From positions 1 to 63,929 of the forward strand of contig DAOUAK010000160.1 of the NCBI GenBank assembly GCA_034433695.1: 63,929 nucleotides of DNA. Reading direction: 5' to 3'. Source of the stretch: Chloroflexia bacterium. Lineage in GTDB: Bacteria > Chloroflexota > Chloroflexia > DTKN01. How positions within the stretch are numbered: the stretch's first letter is position 1; each line of letters opens with the position of its first letter. The notes under the pieces are model-generated. The model saw only the letters and a program-made list of their open reading frames with translations. It did not search any database and was not told where the DNA came from. Positions 36,193 to 45,477 of this stretch are shown here, piece after piece. The position numbers and the translations under genes are program-made.

Positions 36193-37287
36193 TCATCTGC
36201 CGCCGGCCCTATTCGAGGGCTGTAAGGTGCGGATCATCCGGACAAAAGTGCGCACCAGTTCGGGATGAAAGGCTTTGCCGGCCTGCTGGAGCAGAAAGGA
36301 ACAGGCCTCGTCAATGCTCAGTCCCCGGTGGTAGGGCCGTTCGGTGGTCAAAGCGTCGAAGGCGTCGGCGATGGCCAGAATCTGCGCCCCCAGCGGGAAA
36401 CGGGGATCGCCGTAACGGAGGCCGTCGGGGTAGCCGGTTCCGTCGTAGCGCTCATGGTGGCGGAGGATCAGCGGAATCAGAGGTTCCAGGTACGGGATAC
36501 CGCTCAGAATGGAAGCCCCGACCAGGGGATGGGCCTCGACGATGGCCCGTTCCTGGGGCGTAAGCGGACCGGGTTTGAAGAGGATGGCCTCGCTGATGCC
36601 GATCTTGCCGATGTCGTGCAGAATGGCGGCGTAGCGGATGGTGTTCACTTCCTCTTCGCTTAGGCCCAGCGCTTCGGCCAGGGCCACGGACAGTTCGGTG
36701 ACCGCCTGGGAATGCCGGTGGGTGGTGGGGTCGCGGGCATCAATGGCCGAAGCCAGGGCGCGGATGGTGCTGGTATAACTTTCGGAGACGATCTGACCCA
36801 GCAGCCGGTTTTCGATGGCAAAACGGAGATGGTGATGGAACAGCCGGAGCACCTGAACGGGTTCCTGAGGCGGTGTCTGGTCGTAAAACGTGGTCAGAGC
36901 GGCCCGGAGGCTGGGTCTCAGGCCCAGGATTTGTCCTTCGTAGACCAGGGTGGTCAGGGCGATGGCCGGCCCGGGTTCGGGGAAGGGGGAATCGACCCGG
37001 ACGATGGATGGGGTGGGAGGGTTGATCCCTTCGGCCGGCGGAGGGAACGCTGCCAGCCGGGGGAGAAGGAGAGGGCCGAGGGGCAGAATCTCGGCGGAGC
37101 CATAGTACTCCGGGGGCTGGGATGGGGGAAGGTAAATGAGGAGGCTACCGTGAGTGGCGCAGCACCTTTCGGCCGCTTCGGCGATGGCCCGAAAGATTTC
37201 GGGCAACGGTGCCTTGCCGAGGATCAAGTCCCCGATGCGGTCGAGGCAGGAAAGCAAATGATTTTCCGGTTCGTCGAATCGGGCCAT
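36193..37287 (-). CDS. HD-GYP domain protein (putative cyclic-di-GMP phosphodiesterase) with uncharacterised N-terminal sensor domain
   Basis: ATG at 37287 (MARFDEPENH). AILHDIGKIG and HHERYDGTGYPDGL motifs. The upstream 275 codons of the 640-aa ORF-track entry are Pro/Gly/Arg-rich junk antisense to the next genes. Confidence 0.85.
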   Translation of the reverse strand: MARFDEPENHLLSCLDRIGDLILGKAPLPEIFRAIAEAAERCCATHGSLLIYLPPSQPPEYYGSAEILPLGPLLLPRLAAFPPPAEGINPPTPSIVRVDSPFPEPGPAIALTTLVYEGQILGLRPSLRAALTTFYDQTPPQEPVQVLRLFHHHLRFAIENRLLGQIVSESYTSTIRALASAIDARDPTTHRHSQAVTELSVALAEALGLSEEEVNTIRYAAILHDIGKIGISEAILFKPGPLTPQERAIVEAHPLVGASILSGIPYLEPLIPLILRHHERYDGTGYPDGLRYGDPRFPLGAQILAIADAFDALTTERPYHRGLSIDEACSFLLQQAGKAFHPELVRTFVRMIRTLQPSNRAGGR

Positions 37288-37376
37288 CTCTTTTCCCGGC
37301 CCAGGTTTGCCGGGGGCTGGAACCCCCGACCCTGGGCCGTGCCCATTATACCACAGGTCCGGCTGAGAAGAAAGCG

Positions 37377-38045
37377 ATGCGCGTAACCATCGTTTTTTCC
37401 AGAGGGAAGCCCTTGCGCTTCCTTTCGCACCTGGATATGATGCGGCTATGGGAACGGGCCCTGCGACGGGCCGGCCTGCCGCTGCGTTATTCCCAGGGCT
37501 ACCATCCCCATCCCCGTCTTTCCCTGGCTCTCCCCCTGGCCGTCGGCATGACGGCGGAGGCCGAGTGGATGGAGGTCGAATTCCTTTCGCCCGTCCCGAC
37601 GGAAACGATCCGGGAACGGCTGTCGCCCCAGTTGCCGGCCGGCCTCTCTCTGCAAGACATCCTGGAGACGCCTTCCGGTGCACCCTCGCTCCCCGCCCGG
37701 GTGCGGGGGAGCGAGATCGAGGTGGTGCTCCCCCAGCCCCCCCCATACGAGGAGGTTCGGGAACGGGTACGCCGTTTCCTGGAAGCCGAGGCCGTTCCGG
37801 TCGTAGAAACGCGGCAGGCCGGGTCTGGCCGCAGAAAGCGGCCTCGGGTAGTAGACCTGAGAAAGACGGTGGAGGCGATCGAAATCGGCCCCTGGAGCGC
37901 GGACCGGGGGATCCTGCGCCTTCGCCTGAAGGCATCGGGCCGGCCACTCCTCCTCCTGCAGGCCCTGGGCCTGGGGGGAGAGGCCGAAGGCAACCCACCC
38001 CTTCCCCATCGTCGGCGGTTGTTTCTGGCGGAGGTTTCCGGGTGA
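37377..38045 (+). CDS. radical-SAM-linked protein (DUF2344 / TIGR03936-like)
   Basis: ATG at 37377. The N-terminus MRVTIVFSRGKPLRFLSHLDMMRLWERALRRAGLPLRYSQGYHPHPRLSLALPLAVG is characteristic of this family. Confidence 0.75.
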   Translation: MRVTIVFSRGKPLRFLSHLDMMRLWERALRRAGLPLRYSQGYHPHPRLSLALPLAVGMTAEAEWMEVEFLSPVPTETIRERLSPQLPAGLSLQDILETPSGAPSLPARVRGSEIEVVLPQPPPYEEVRERVRRFLEAEAVPVVETRQAGSGRRKRPRVVDLRKTVEAIEIGPWSADRGILRLRLKASGRPLLLLQALGLGGEAEGNPPLPHRRRLFLAEVSG

Positions 38046-39679
38046 TGCTTACCGAAGGAAGGTCTCTCCCGAACGGAACGGCTCGTATCCTGGTTCTGGA
38101 CGACGAAGTGGCCATCTGCGAACTCTGCTCGCGTACTTTGCAGAAGTACGGCTATAGCGTGGCCACGACCACCAGTTCCCGACAGGCCCTGGAGATGCTC
38201 CGCCAGGAACCGTTTGATCTGTTGCTTCTGGATATCCGTATGCCCGAACTCGACGGATTGGAGGTGATGCGCCGGGTGCGGGAGTTTTCCCCCGACATTG
38301 CCATCGTGGTGATGACCGGCTATGCCTCGGTGGAGGCGGCCATCGAGGCCGTTCGGCAAGGTGCCTCCGATTTCCTCCAGAAGCCGTTTCGGTTGGATGA
38401 CCTGCGCCTGGCTGTGGTCAAGGCGCTGGGGAAACGCGACCTGAACCGGGAACAGGCCCGCTCGCGGGTCCTGATGCGCCTGGTGCGGGTGAGCGAAGAG
38501 ATGGCTTCTCTGCTGGAAGAAGACCTCCTGGTCCAGGTGGCCCTGCGTGCGGCGATGGAGGAGACCGGGGCCCGGCGGGGTTCGGTGATGCTCCATGAGC
38601 CGGGGCATAAAGTGCTCTATATATCGGGGGCCATGGGCCTGCCGTCAGAGGTGGGGCCGGGATATTCGGTGAGGCTGGATGAGGGGGTGGCCGGGCTGGT
38701 CTTCCAAAGCGAGGAGGCGCTCCTGGTGGAGGATGTGCGCACCGACCCTCGTCTGGCCGGGCTTGCCCTGCCCCATCGGGAACGTTACCGGAATCCCTCT
38801 TTTCTCTCCGTGCCGATCCGGGGCAGCGAACGCGTCCTGGGAGTGCTCAATTTAAGCGAGAAAAGCGGGGGAATGCCCTTTCGCCCCAGCGACCTGGAGG
38901 TGGCCGGCCTCCTGTGCAGCCAGTTGGCCGTCGCCCTGGAAAAAGTGCGCCTCTTCACCGAAATCCAGGAGTCGTACCGCCGGCTGCGGGAGGTGGACCG
39001 GTTGAAGAGCGAATTTCTCAGCATCGCCGCTCATGAACTGCGCACTCCGCTCTCCATCATCGTCGGCTACACCATGATGCTGAGGGACGAACTCCAGGGA
39101 CCGGCGCAGAGTTACCTGGAGGCGGTTCTGGATAGTGCCAACCAGCTGGTTCGCCTGGTGGACGATATGACCAACCTGCGCTACCTGGAGGCCCGCGAGG
39201 TGGGGCTTGTGGCCGTTCCGCTCCGCCTGCAGGACCTGGTGCCCGGCATCGTCGAGCATTACCGTCGGTTGGCCTGTGAGAAGCAGCAGGAAATCGCCTG
39301 TGACCTCCCCGCCGACCTGCCCCCGGTCCGGGCCGATGGGGAAAAGGTCGGGGTCATTTTGGGCAATCTTCTGAACAACGCCGTCACCTTTACCCCGGCC
39401 GGAGGGCGAATCGGCATCCGGGCAGAAGCGCAGGGAGACAAGGTGCTGGTGGCCGTGGAAGATACAGGTCGTGGCATCCCCCGAGAAGAGTGGGAACGCA
39501 TCTTTGAGCCTTTTTACCAGGTGGGCGATTCTCTTCGACGCGAACACGGAGGCATGGGATTGGGACTGGCGATCGCCCGCGAACTGGTTACGCTTCACGG
39601 CGGTTCGATTTGGGTCAAAAGCGAGGTGGGGCGGGGTAGCACCTTTTATTTTACCCTGCCCCGGGCAGAGACGGACTGA
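38045..39679 (+). CDS. hybrid receiver-GAF-histidine kinase
   Basis: ATG at 38045 overlaps the preceding stop (TGATG). Canonical receiver (LVLDDE, DLLLLDIRMPELDG, VVMTGY, QKPF), GAF-like (ARRGSVMLHE...FLSVPI), H-box AAHELRTPLS, and NLLNNAVTFT, DTGRGIP, GMGLGLAIA. Confidence 0.85.
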   Translation: MLTEGRSLPNGTARILVLDDEVAICELCSRTLQKYGYSVATTTSSRQALEMLRQEPFDLLLLDIRMPELDGLEVMRRVREFSPDIAIVVMTGYASVEAAIEAVRQGASDFLQKPFRLDDLRLAVVKALGKRDLNREQARSRVLMRLVRVSEEMASLLEEDLLVQVALRAAMEETGARRGSVMLHEPGHKVLYISGAMGLPSEVGPGYSVRLDEGVAGLVFQSEEALLVEDVRTDPRLAGLALPHRERYRNPSFLSVPIRGSERVLGVLNLSEKSGGMPFRPSDLEVAGLLCSQLAVALEKVRLFTEIQESYRRLREVDRLKSEFLSIAAHELRTPLSIIVGYTMMLRDELQGPAQSYLEAVLDSANQLVRLVDDMTNLRYLEAREVGLVAVPLRLQDLVPGIVEHYRRLACEKQQEIACDLPADLPPVRADGEKVGVILGNLLNNAVTFTPAGGRIGIRAEAQGDKVLVAVEDTGRGIPREEWERIFEPFYQVGDSLRREHGGMGLGLAIARELVTLHGGSIWVKSEVGRGSTFYFTLPRAETD

Positions 39680-39689
39680 GGAGGAACGT

Positions 39690-40577
39690 ATGGCCAGACG
39701 TGTGCTCATTGTGGCCGGTCGAGAGGGCTATCCTCCGGCCCTCCAGGCCCAGATCGAACTATGGGGAGATAGCCTTGATTTTACCCTGGCCGCTTCCGGC
39801 AACGAGGCCCTCTGGGAGATCCGGGGTTCGCCCTATGACCTGGTCCTGGCTCCGGCCCAGTTGCCCGAGATGGCCGGAATGGAGTTTGCCGAGGTGGTCC
39901 AGGCCCTGTCTCCGGCGACCAAAGTCGTCCTGGTGGGAGCCAAGATCACGCCGGCCCTGCAATCGCAGGCCGAAGCCCTGCGCCTCTTCGCCCTCCTGCC
40001 GGAGGTCTCCGTCCAGGAGGTGGCCACCGTGATCGGTCGAGCGTTGGGGCTATCTGTTCCCCGGCCGAAGCCGCCTCCTCCGCCTCCGCCCAAGGAGGTC
40101 ACGCCCCCGGCACCATCGGCTCCGCCTCCGCGCAAACCGGCCGCGCCGCCTCCGGAGGCTCCTCCTCCCCCGAAGGTAACCCTGACCCCGGCCCAGCAGG
40201 AAGCCGTGCGTCGAGCGCTGCGAGACCTGGTGGCCTCCATCGGGCCGCAACTGGCCCTCCTGGTGGCGCTTTCGGGCGAGACGCTCCTGGCCGAAGGTTT
40301 GGCCGGCGATCTGCCCATTTCGACTCTGTCGGCCCGGATGACCTCCGGTCTGGCCGGCGTCGGCGAACTGGCCCGCCTCCTCAAGGATGAAAGGTTCCTG
40401 GGCCTCAGCCTCTTTTCGGGCTCCCGCTATGACCTTTACGCCTTTACCGTCACCTCGACGACCGTGCTCCTTCTGGTGTTTGATAAAATGGTTGTGGAAA
40501 GCAAACTGGGTTCGGTCTGGCTGTATACCCGACGTGTCGTGGAGGAGTTGCGGACCGCCCTAGAGGAAAAAAGATGA
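39690..40577 (+). CDS. pseudo-receiver domain - proline-rich linker - Roadblock/LC7 (MglB-like) domain protein
   Basis: ATG at 39690 with GGAGGA RBS. The receiver-like fold lacks the acidic pair (LIVAGREG) and the phospho-acceptor Asp (DLVLAPAQLPEMAGME). Linker PRPKPPPPPPPKEVTPPAPSAPPPRKPAAPPPEAPPPPK. The C-terminal LALLVALSGETLLAEG...YDLYAFTV...VLLLVFD matches the Roadblock pattern. Confidence 0.7.
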   Translation: MARRVLIVAGREGYPPALQAQIELWGDSLDFTLAASGNEALWEIRGSPYDLVLAPAQLPEMAGMEFAEVVQALSPATKVVLVGAKITPALQSQAEALRLFALLPEVSVQEVATVIGRALGLSVPRPKPPPPPPPKEVTPPAPSAPPPRKPAAPPPEAPPPPKVTLTPAQQEAVRRALRDLVASIGPQLALLVALSGETLLAEGLAGDLPISTLSARMTSGLAGVGELARLLKDERFLGLSLFSGSRYDLYAFTVTSTTVLLLVFDKMVVESKLGSVWLYTRRVVEELRTALEEKR

Positions 40578-41479
40578 TCCGGTGGCAGACCTATGCCAAG
40601 ATTAACCTGTGTCTGGAGGTGCTGGGCCGTCGGCGGGACGGCTACCACGACGTGCTCACCATCCTGCAGACCATAGACCTCTCTGACATCCTTTCCTTCG
40701 AGCCGGCCGAGGGCCTCTCGTTCACCTGCAACGTCCCCGACTTGGTCGGCGAGGATAACCTGATCCTGCGGGCGGCGCGTCTGCTCCAGCGGGCTACCGG
40801 CCGGAGGGACGGAGCGGCCATCCATTTGGAGAAACGGATTCCGATCGGGGCCGGGCTGGGAGGCGGAAGCAGCGATGCCGCAACAACCCTGGTGGCGCTC
40901 AGCCGGATGTGGGGACTCCATATGACCGAGGCCAACCTGAACAACCTGGCCTCGGCCCTGGGTAGCGACGTCCCCTTTTTCCTCCTCGGTGGAACAGCCC
41001 TGGCCGAAGGGCGCGGAGAGATCCTTACCCCGCTACCCCCGTTGCCGGAACACTGGCTCGTCCTGGTCCTCCCGCCGCTGGAGATACCGGAAAAGACATC
41101 CCTGATGTACGCCAGCCTGACGCCCCGGGAGTATACCTCCGGCTCCGTCACCCGCCACATGGTCCGCTCCCTCCAGGCCGGCCGGCCGCTGGAGCCCGGC
41201 CTGATCTTTAACGCCTTCGAATGGGTGGCCTTCCGCCGCTTCGAACTGGTGGACGCCATCCGCCAGCGTGTGGTGGAGGCCGGCGCCGACCACGTCCGCC
41301 TCTGCGGTGCCGGGCCGGCCCTCTACGCCATCTATGCCCAGGAACCTCCGGCACGGGCCCTCTACGAACGTCTCCGCTCGGAGGGCCTGGACGTGTTCCT
41401 GACCCGCACGATCCAGGCTCGCCCCACCTGCCTCGAGGGGGAAGGCGAAGAGTCGCTTCCCCCGGTTCCCATCGAATAA
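40574..41479 (+). CDS. ispE: 4-(cytidine 5'-diphospho)-2-C-methyl-D-erythritol kinase
   Basis: ATGA overlap with the previous gene. AKINLCLEVLGRRRDGYH and IPIGAGLGGGSSDAA (GHMP kinase motif). Confidence 0.9.
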   Translation: MIRWQTYAKINLCLEVLGRRRDGYHDVLTILQTIDLSDILSFEPAEGLSFTCNVPDLVGEDNLILRAARLLQRATGRRDGAAIHLEKRIPIGAGLGGGSSDAATTLVALSRMWGLHMTEANLNNLASALGSDVPFFLLGGTALAEGRGEILTPLPPLPEHWLVLVLPPLEIPEKTSLMYASLTPREYTSGSVTRHMVRSLQAGRPLEPGLIFNAFEWVAFRRFELVDAIRQRVVEAGADHVRLCGAGPALYAIYAQEPPARALYERLRSEGLDVFLTRTIQARPTCLEGEGEESLPPVPIE

Positions 41480-41496
41480 GGAGCGCTGGACAGGCC

Positions 41497-43089
41497 ATGC
41501 GACGCTGGAACGGCTGGGGCGACGATACGGTGACCTACCCGCTGCCCGATGGGGCCGTCCGCTTCCTGCTCGAGCGTCTGGGGCCGGCTTCGCCGCCCCG
41601 GGATGCGGAACTGGCTACCGTGTTGGCCTCCGTTCCGCCCTCCCAACTCCCTCCGCACCCGCTTATCTCCACCGATCCCTTCCAGCGTCTCCGCCACGCC
41701 CGCGGCCAGAGCCTGCCCGACTGGATCGCCCTGCGGAGCGGACGCCTGGAGGCCTTTCCCGATGGGGTGGCCTGCCCCGAGACGGCCGCCGAGGTGCGCG
41801 ATGTGCTGCGCTATGCCGCCGAGGTGGGCGCGTGCGTTATCCCTTACGGGGGAGGGACCAGTGTGGTGGGACATATCAATCCCCTGCCCGGCGTCCCGAC
41901 GGTCACGGTGGACATGGGGCGGATGAACCGTCTCCTTCGCTTCGACGAGCGTAGCCATCTGGCTACCTTCGAGGCCGGAGTTTGCGGGCCGGACCTGGAG
42001 GCGGCCCTGCGGGCACGGGGCTACACTCTGGGGCATTTTCCCCAATCGTTCGAGTATTCCACTCTGGGCGGCTGGATTGCCACCCGTTCCAGTGGGCAGC
42101 AGTCGCTTTTCTATGGGCGCATCGAGCGCCTCTTTGCCGGGGGAAAACTGGAGGCGCCGGCCGGCACCCTGGTCCTTCCGCCTTTCCCGGCCTCGGCGGC
42201 CGGCCCCGACCTCCGCGAAGTCGTCCTGGGATCGGAAGGCCGGTTGGGCATCCTTACCGAGGCCACGGTGCGGGTGATGCCCCTCCCGGAGGGCGAGGAA
42301 TTCCCCACCGTCTTCTTCCCTTCCTTCGAGCAGGGGCTGGAAGCCGTCCGGCAGATCGTCCAGGCCCGGTTGCCTCTCTCGATGCTCCGCCTCAGCACTG
42401 CGGCCGAGACGGAGACCACCCTGGCCCTGGCCGGCCACGAGCGCCTCATCGCTGCCCTGGAACGTCTGCTGGCCCTCCGTGGGGTGGGAGCGGGCAAATG
42501 TATGCTGATCTGCGGCCTTAGCGGCAAGGAGGCGCTGGTACGCACAGTCCGCCATGAGGCACTGGAAATCGCCCGGCGCCACGGGGGTGTCGGCGTGGGG
42601 CGCATCTTCGGCCGGCAGTGGTACAAAAGCCGCTTCCGCACCCCCTACCTGCGGAATACCCTCTGGGAGATGGGGTACGCCGTGGACACGCTGGAGACGG
42701 CCTGCGATTGGACGACCCTTCCCACCCTGCTCCGGGCCGTCGAGGAGGCGCTGCACCGGGCGATGGAAAAGTACGGCGAACGGGTACACGTCTTCAGCCA
42801 CCTTTCCCACCTCTACCCTTCCGGCTCCAGCATCTATACCACGTATATCTTTCGTCTGGCCTCCGATCCGGAGGAAACCCTCCATCGCTGGCAGGAGATG
42901 AAGGAAGCGGCCTGCCGGGCCATCGTGGCCCACAGAGGGACGATCAGCCACCAGCATGGCGTCGGGCTGGACCATCGGCCCTACCTGGCGGCCGAGAAGG
43001 GGGAGTTGGGGATGAAGGTGCTGCGCGAGGTGTGCCGGGTGCTGGACCCGGGAGGGGTGATGAATCCGGGGAAGATGGTAGGTGCGTGA
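41497..43089 (+). CDS. FAD-linked oxidase, alkyl-dihydroxyacetonephosphate-synthase-like (AGPS/GlcD superfamily)
   Basis: ATG at 41497 (MRRWNGWGDD..., a typical N-terminus of bacterial AGPS-like flavoproteins). FAD-binding PCMH region VIPYGGGTSVVGH. C-terminal DPGGVMNPGKM. The stop codon lies inside the heptamer array. Confidence 0.85.
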   Translation: MRRWNGWGDDTVTYPLPDGAVRFLLERLGPASPPRDAELATVLASVPPSQLPPHPLISTDPFQRLRHARGQSLPDWIALRSGRLEAFPDGVACPETAAEVRDVLRYAAEVGACVIPYGGGTSVVGHINPLPGVPTVTVDMGRMNRLLRFDERSHLATFEAGVCGPDLEAALRARGYTLGHFPQSFEYSTLGGWIATRSSGQQSLFYGRIERLFAGGKLEAPAGTLVLPPFPASAAGPDLREVVLGSEGRLGILTEATVRVMPLPEGEEFPTVFFPSFEQGLEAVRQIVQARLPLSMLRLSTAAETETTLALAGHERLIAALERLLALRGVGAGKCMLICGLSGKEALVRTVRHEALEIARRHGGVGVGRIFGRQWYKSRFRTPYLRNTLWEMGYAVDTLETACDWTTLPTLLRAVEEALHRAMEKYGERVHVFSHLSHLYPSGSSIYTTYIFRLASDPEETLHRWQEMKEAACRAIVAHRGTISHQHGVGLDHRPYLAAEKGELGMKVLREVCRVLDPGGVMNPGKMVGA

Positions 43090-43115
43090 TGCGTGGTGCG
43101 TGATGCGTGGTGCGT
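43081..43115 (+). repeat. tandem heptamer array, 5 x (G/A)(G/A)TGCGT
   Basis: GGTGCGT GATGCGT GGTGCGT GATGCGT GGTGCGT. This is the inverted complement (6 of 7 nt per unit) of the downstream CACGCAA array. Confidence 0.9.
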
Positions 43116-43129
43116 GTGAGGAGGAAAAA

Positions 43130-43570
43130 ATGGACTTCCAGGAGTGGCAGGCTTTGGTTCCAGGGGAGATTACCCGGGATGCCCTCTGGCGGATGGAAGT
43201 GTACCGTCTGGCCCTTTTTGCCGGGGAACTGGCCTGGCAGGATGTGGGTGAATTGGTGGAGGACAGGAGGACGATTAGCCTGTCGGATCAACTCTATCGG
43301 GCCGTCTGTTCTATTGGGGCCAATATTGCTGAAGGATACAGCCGGGGGTCAGGGAGAGATCAGGCTCGGTTCTACGAATACGCTCTTGGTTCTGCCCGCG
43401 AGGCACGTGGATGGTACTATCATGGCCGGCACGTTCTCCACGAGGATGTGGTACGCCACCGTATCGATCTTTTGACCCGGATTATTCGTTCGCTGTTGGC
43501 CATTATTCCCACCCAGCGGGGAGTCCGGATAAGAGAAGCAGAAGCCCATTATGACGTAAATAACACGTAA
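43130..43570 (+). CDS. four-helix-bundle protein (23S rRNA intervening-sequence protein family, TIGR02436-like)
   Basis: ATG at 43130 with GAGGAGG upstream. LSDQLYRAVCSIGANIAEGYSRGSGRDQARFYEYALGSAREARGWYY is the family signature. Confidence 0.85.
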   Translation: MDFQEWQALVPGEITRDALWRMEVYRLALFAGELAWQDVGELVEDRRTISLSDQLYRAVCSIGANIAEGYSRGSGRDQARFYEYALGSAREARGWYYHGRHVLHEDVVRHRIDLLTRIIRSLLAIIPTQRGVRIREAEAHYDVNNT

Positions 43571-43633
43571 CACGCAACACGCAACACGCAACACGCAACA
43601 CGCAACACGAAACACGAAACACGAAACACGAAA
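43564..43633 (+). repeat. tandem heptamer array, 10 x CACG(C/A/T)AA
   Basis: CACGTAA, 5 x CACGCAA, 4 x CACGAAA. It begins within the last codons of the four-helix gene, and its final A is the A of the glpD ATG. Confidence 0.95.
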
Positions 43634-45477
43634 TGTGGCACTCGAACTGGCGTGAAATCGTCTGGTCCAGACTATCCGGCCCCTGGGACGTCCTGGTGAT
43701 CGGCGGGGGCATCACCGGGGCCGGAATCTTTCGTGAGGCCGTCCGGCTGGGGTTACGTGCCCTCCTGGTGGAACAGCGCGACTTTGCCTGGGGGACGTCC
43801 AGCCGCTCTTCCAAGATGGTGCACGGCGGATTCCGATACCTCAAGGATGGGCATGTCCGGCTGACCTGGGCTTCGGTGCGCGAGCGGCAGCGCCTCCTGG
43901 CGGAAGGCGCCGGCCTGATCGAGCCGATGGGTTTCCTGATCGCCACCTATCGGGGCGACCGCCCCGGCCGCTGGGCTTACCGCGCCGGCCTCTCCATCTA
44001 CGACCTTCTGGCGCTCCAGTGGAGCCACCGCTACTACAGTGCCGAGGACTTTCAATTCCTGGCCCCTCACCTCTCCATCGAGGGCCTCCAGGGGGGCTAC
44101 CGCTACGGCGACGCCCAGACCGACGATGCCCGCCTGGTCCTGCGCGTCCTGCGCGAGGCGGCATCCGCCGGCGGCATGGCGTTGAACTATGCCCGGGCGG
44201 AATCGCTTCTCCTGGGCGAGGAGGGGACGCCTTCTTCCGGCCAGGTGGTGGGGGTGCGGTTGCGCGATACCCTGAGCGGACGCACCGCCGAGGTGCGGGC
44301 GCGGGCGGTCATCAACGCCACCGGTGCCTGGGCCGACCGGCTGCGGGCCGAACTCGGCCGGCCGCCCCGCATCCGCCCCCTGCGCGGCAGCCACCTCATC
44401 TTTCCCGGGTGGCGGCTGCCGGCCGCCCAGGCCCTCACCTTCCTCCACCCCCTCGACCGCCGGCCGGTCTTTATCTTCCCCTGGGAAGGCATCGCCCTGG
44501 TGGGGACGACCGACCTGGACCACGACCGCCCGCTGGACGAGGAGCCGGCCATCAGCCCCGAGGAGGTGGCTTACCTGATGGCCGGCGTGGAGGCCCAATG
44601 CCCCCGCCTGAACCTCTCCCTGGAGGACGTCCTTTCTACCTTCTCCGGTGTTCGCCCCGTCATCGGCACCGGGCGAAGCGATCCTTCCCGCGAACCCCGT
44701 GACCACGTCGTCTGGGAGGAAAACGGCCTCCTCACCGTGACCGGCGGAAAACTCACCACCTTCCGCCTCATCGCCCGCGATGCCCTCCGGGCCATCCGCA
44801 GCCGTTTTCCCGCCTTGCCCCCTTTCGACGAGCCATCCCCGGTGTTGGACCCGGTGGATGAGACCCTGGAGGGGTCCGGCCTGGATGCCCGGACCTGTCG
44901 GCGCCTCCTGGGCCGCTACGGAGCCGAGGCCCCCGCTCTCCTGGCGGCGGCCGGAGATGGGGAACTGGAGACGATCCCCGGCACCGACTTCCTCTGGGCG
45001 GAGATACGCTGGGCCGCCCGGGCCGAAGGAGTGGTACACCTGGACGACCTCCTCCTGCGCCGCGTGCGGGTGGGATTGCTCCTTCCTCGGGGAGGGGAAG
45101 CGCTTCTTCCCCGGGTACGGGCTATCTGTCAGGAAGAACTCGGTTGGAGCGATGCCCGCTGGGAGGAGGAAGAAGCCGCCTACCGCGCCCTCTGGCAGGC
45201 CTGTTACAGCCTTCCGGAGCGGTCGGCCATCCCGGACTGGCGGGATCGGGCGTTTCGGATGGTCTGGGAGAAACCCCGACCCTCCCCTCCGCAGCCGCCT
45301 CTCCCTCGCCGGCCCTCCTTGCGGGCCTGGACGGCCCGGATTCGCTCGCCCTTCCGCTCCGGCCTCTCCCGGGCCCTGAAGCGACTGAATCGGCGAACGA
45401 TGGCCCGCCTCTGGGAGCGTTTCCGTCGAGGCTCCCAGGGAGCGGGCCAACCCGGCGGAAAGGAAAGATCCCCATGA
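43633..45477 (+). CDS. glpD: FAD-dependent glycerol-3-phosphate dehydrogenase
   Basis: [18 protein letters not shown] dinucleotide fold, [15 protein letters not shown], and a GlpD C-terminal domain. Has an unusually long basic, Pro-rich tail. Confidence 0.9.
   Translation: MWHSNWREIVWSRLSGPWDVLVIGGGITGAGIFREAVRLGLRALLVEQRDFAWGTSSRSSKMVHGGFRYLKDGHVRLTWASVRERQRLLAEGAGLIEPMGFLIATYRGDRPGRWAYRAGLSIYDLLALQWSHRYYSAEDFQFLAPHLSIEGLQGGYRYGDAQTDDARLVLRVLREAASAGGMALNYARAESLLLGEEGTPSSGQVVGVRLRDTLSGRTAEVRARAVINATGAWADRLRAELGRPPRIRPLRGSHLIFPGWRLPAAQALTFLHPLDRRPVFIFPWEGIALVGTTDLDHDRPLDEEPAISPEEVAYLMAGVEAQCPRLNLSLEDVLSTFSGVRPVIGTGRSDPSREPRDHVVWEENGLLTVTGGKLTTFRLIARDALRAIRSRFPALPPFDEPSPVLDPVDETLEGSGLDARTCRRLLGRYGAEAPALLAAAGDGELETIPGTDFLWAEIRWAARAEGVVHLDDLLLRRVRVGLLLPRGGEALLPRVRAICQEELGWSDARWEEEEAAYRALWQACYSLPERSAIPDWRDRAFRMVWEKPRPSPPQPPLPRRPSLRAWTARIRSPFRSGLSRALKRLNRRTMARLWERFRRGSQGAGQPGGKERSP

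Noticed and set aside
37288-38115. N-terminal 275 codons of the 640-aa ORF-track entry 36193-38115(-), which would make a much larger HD-GYP protein.
   Set aside because: This part is Pro/Gly/Arg-rich and antisense to the well-supported DUF2344 and hybrid kinase genes. A sensible start (MARFDEPENH, ATG at 37287) gives a normal 364-aa HD-GYP protein.
43564-43633. Heptamer arrays considered as a CRISPR array or as part of a coding low-complexity region.
   Set aside because: The unit is only 7 nt with no spacers, so it is not CRISPR. The arrays sit at gene boundaries and are better described as short tandem repeats with inverted symmetry.
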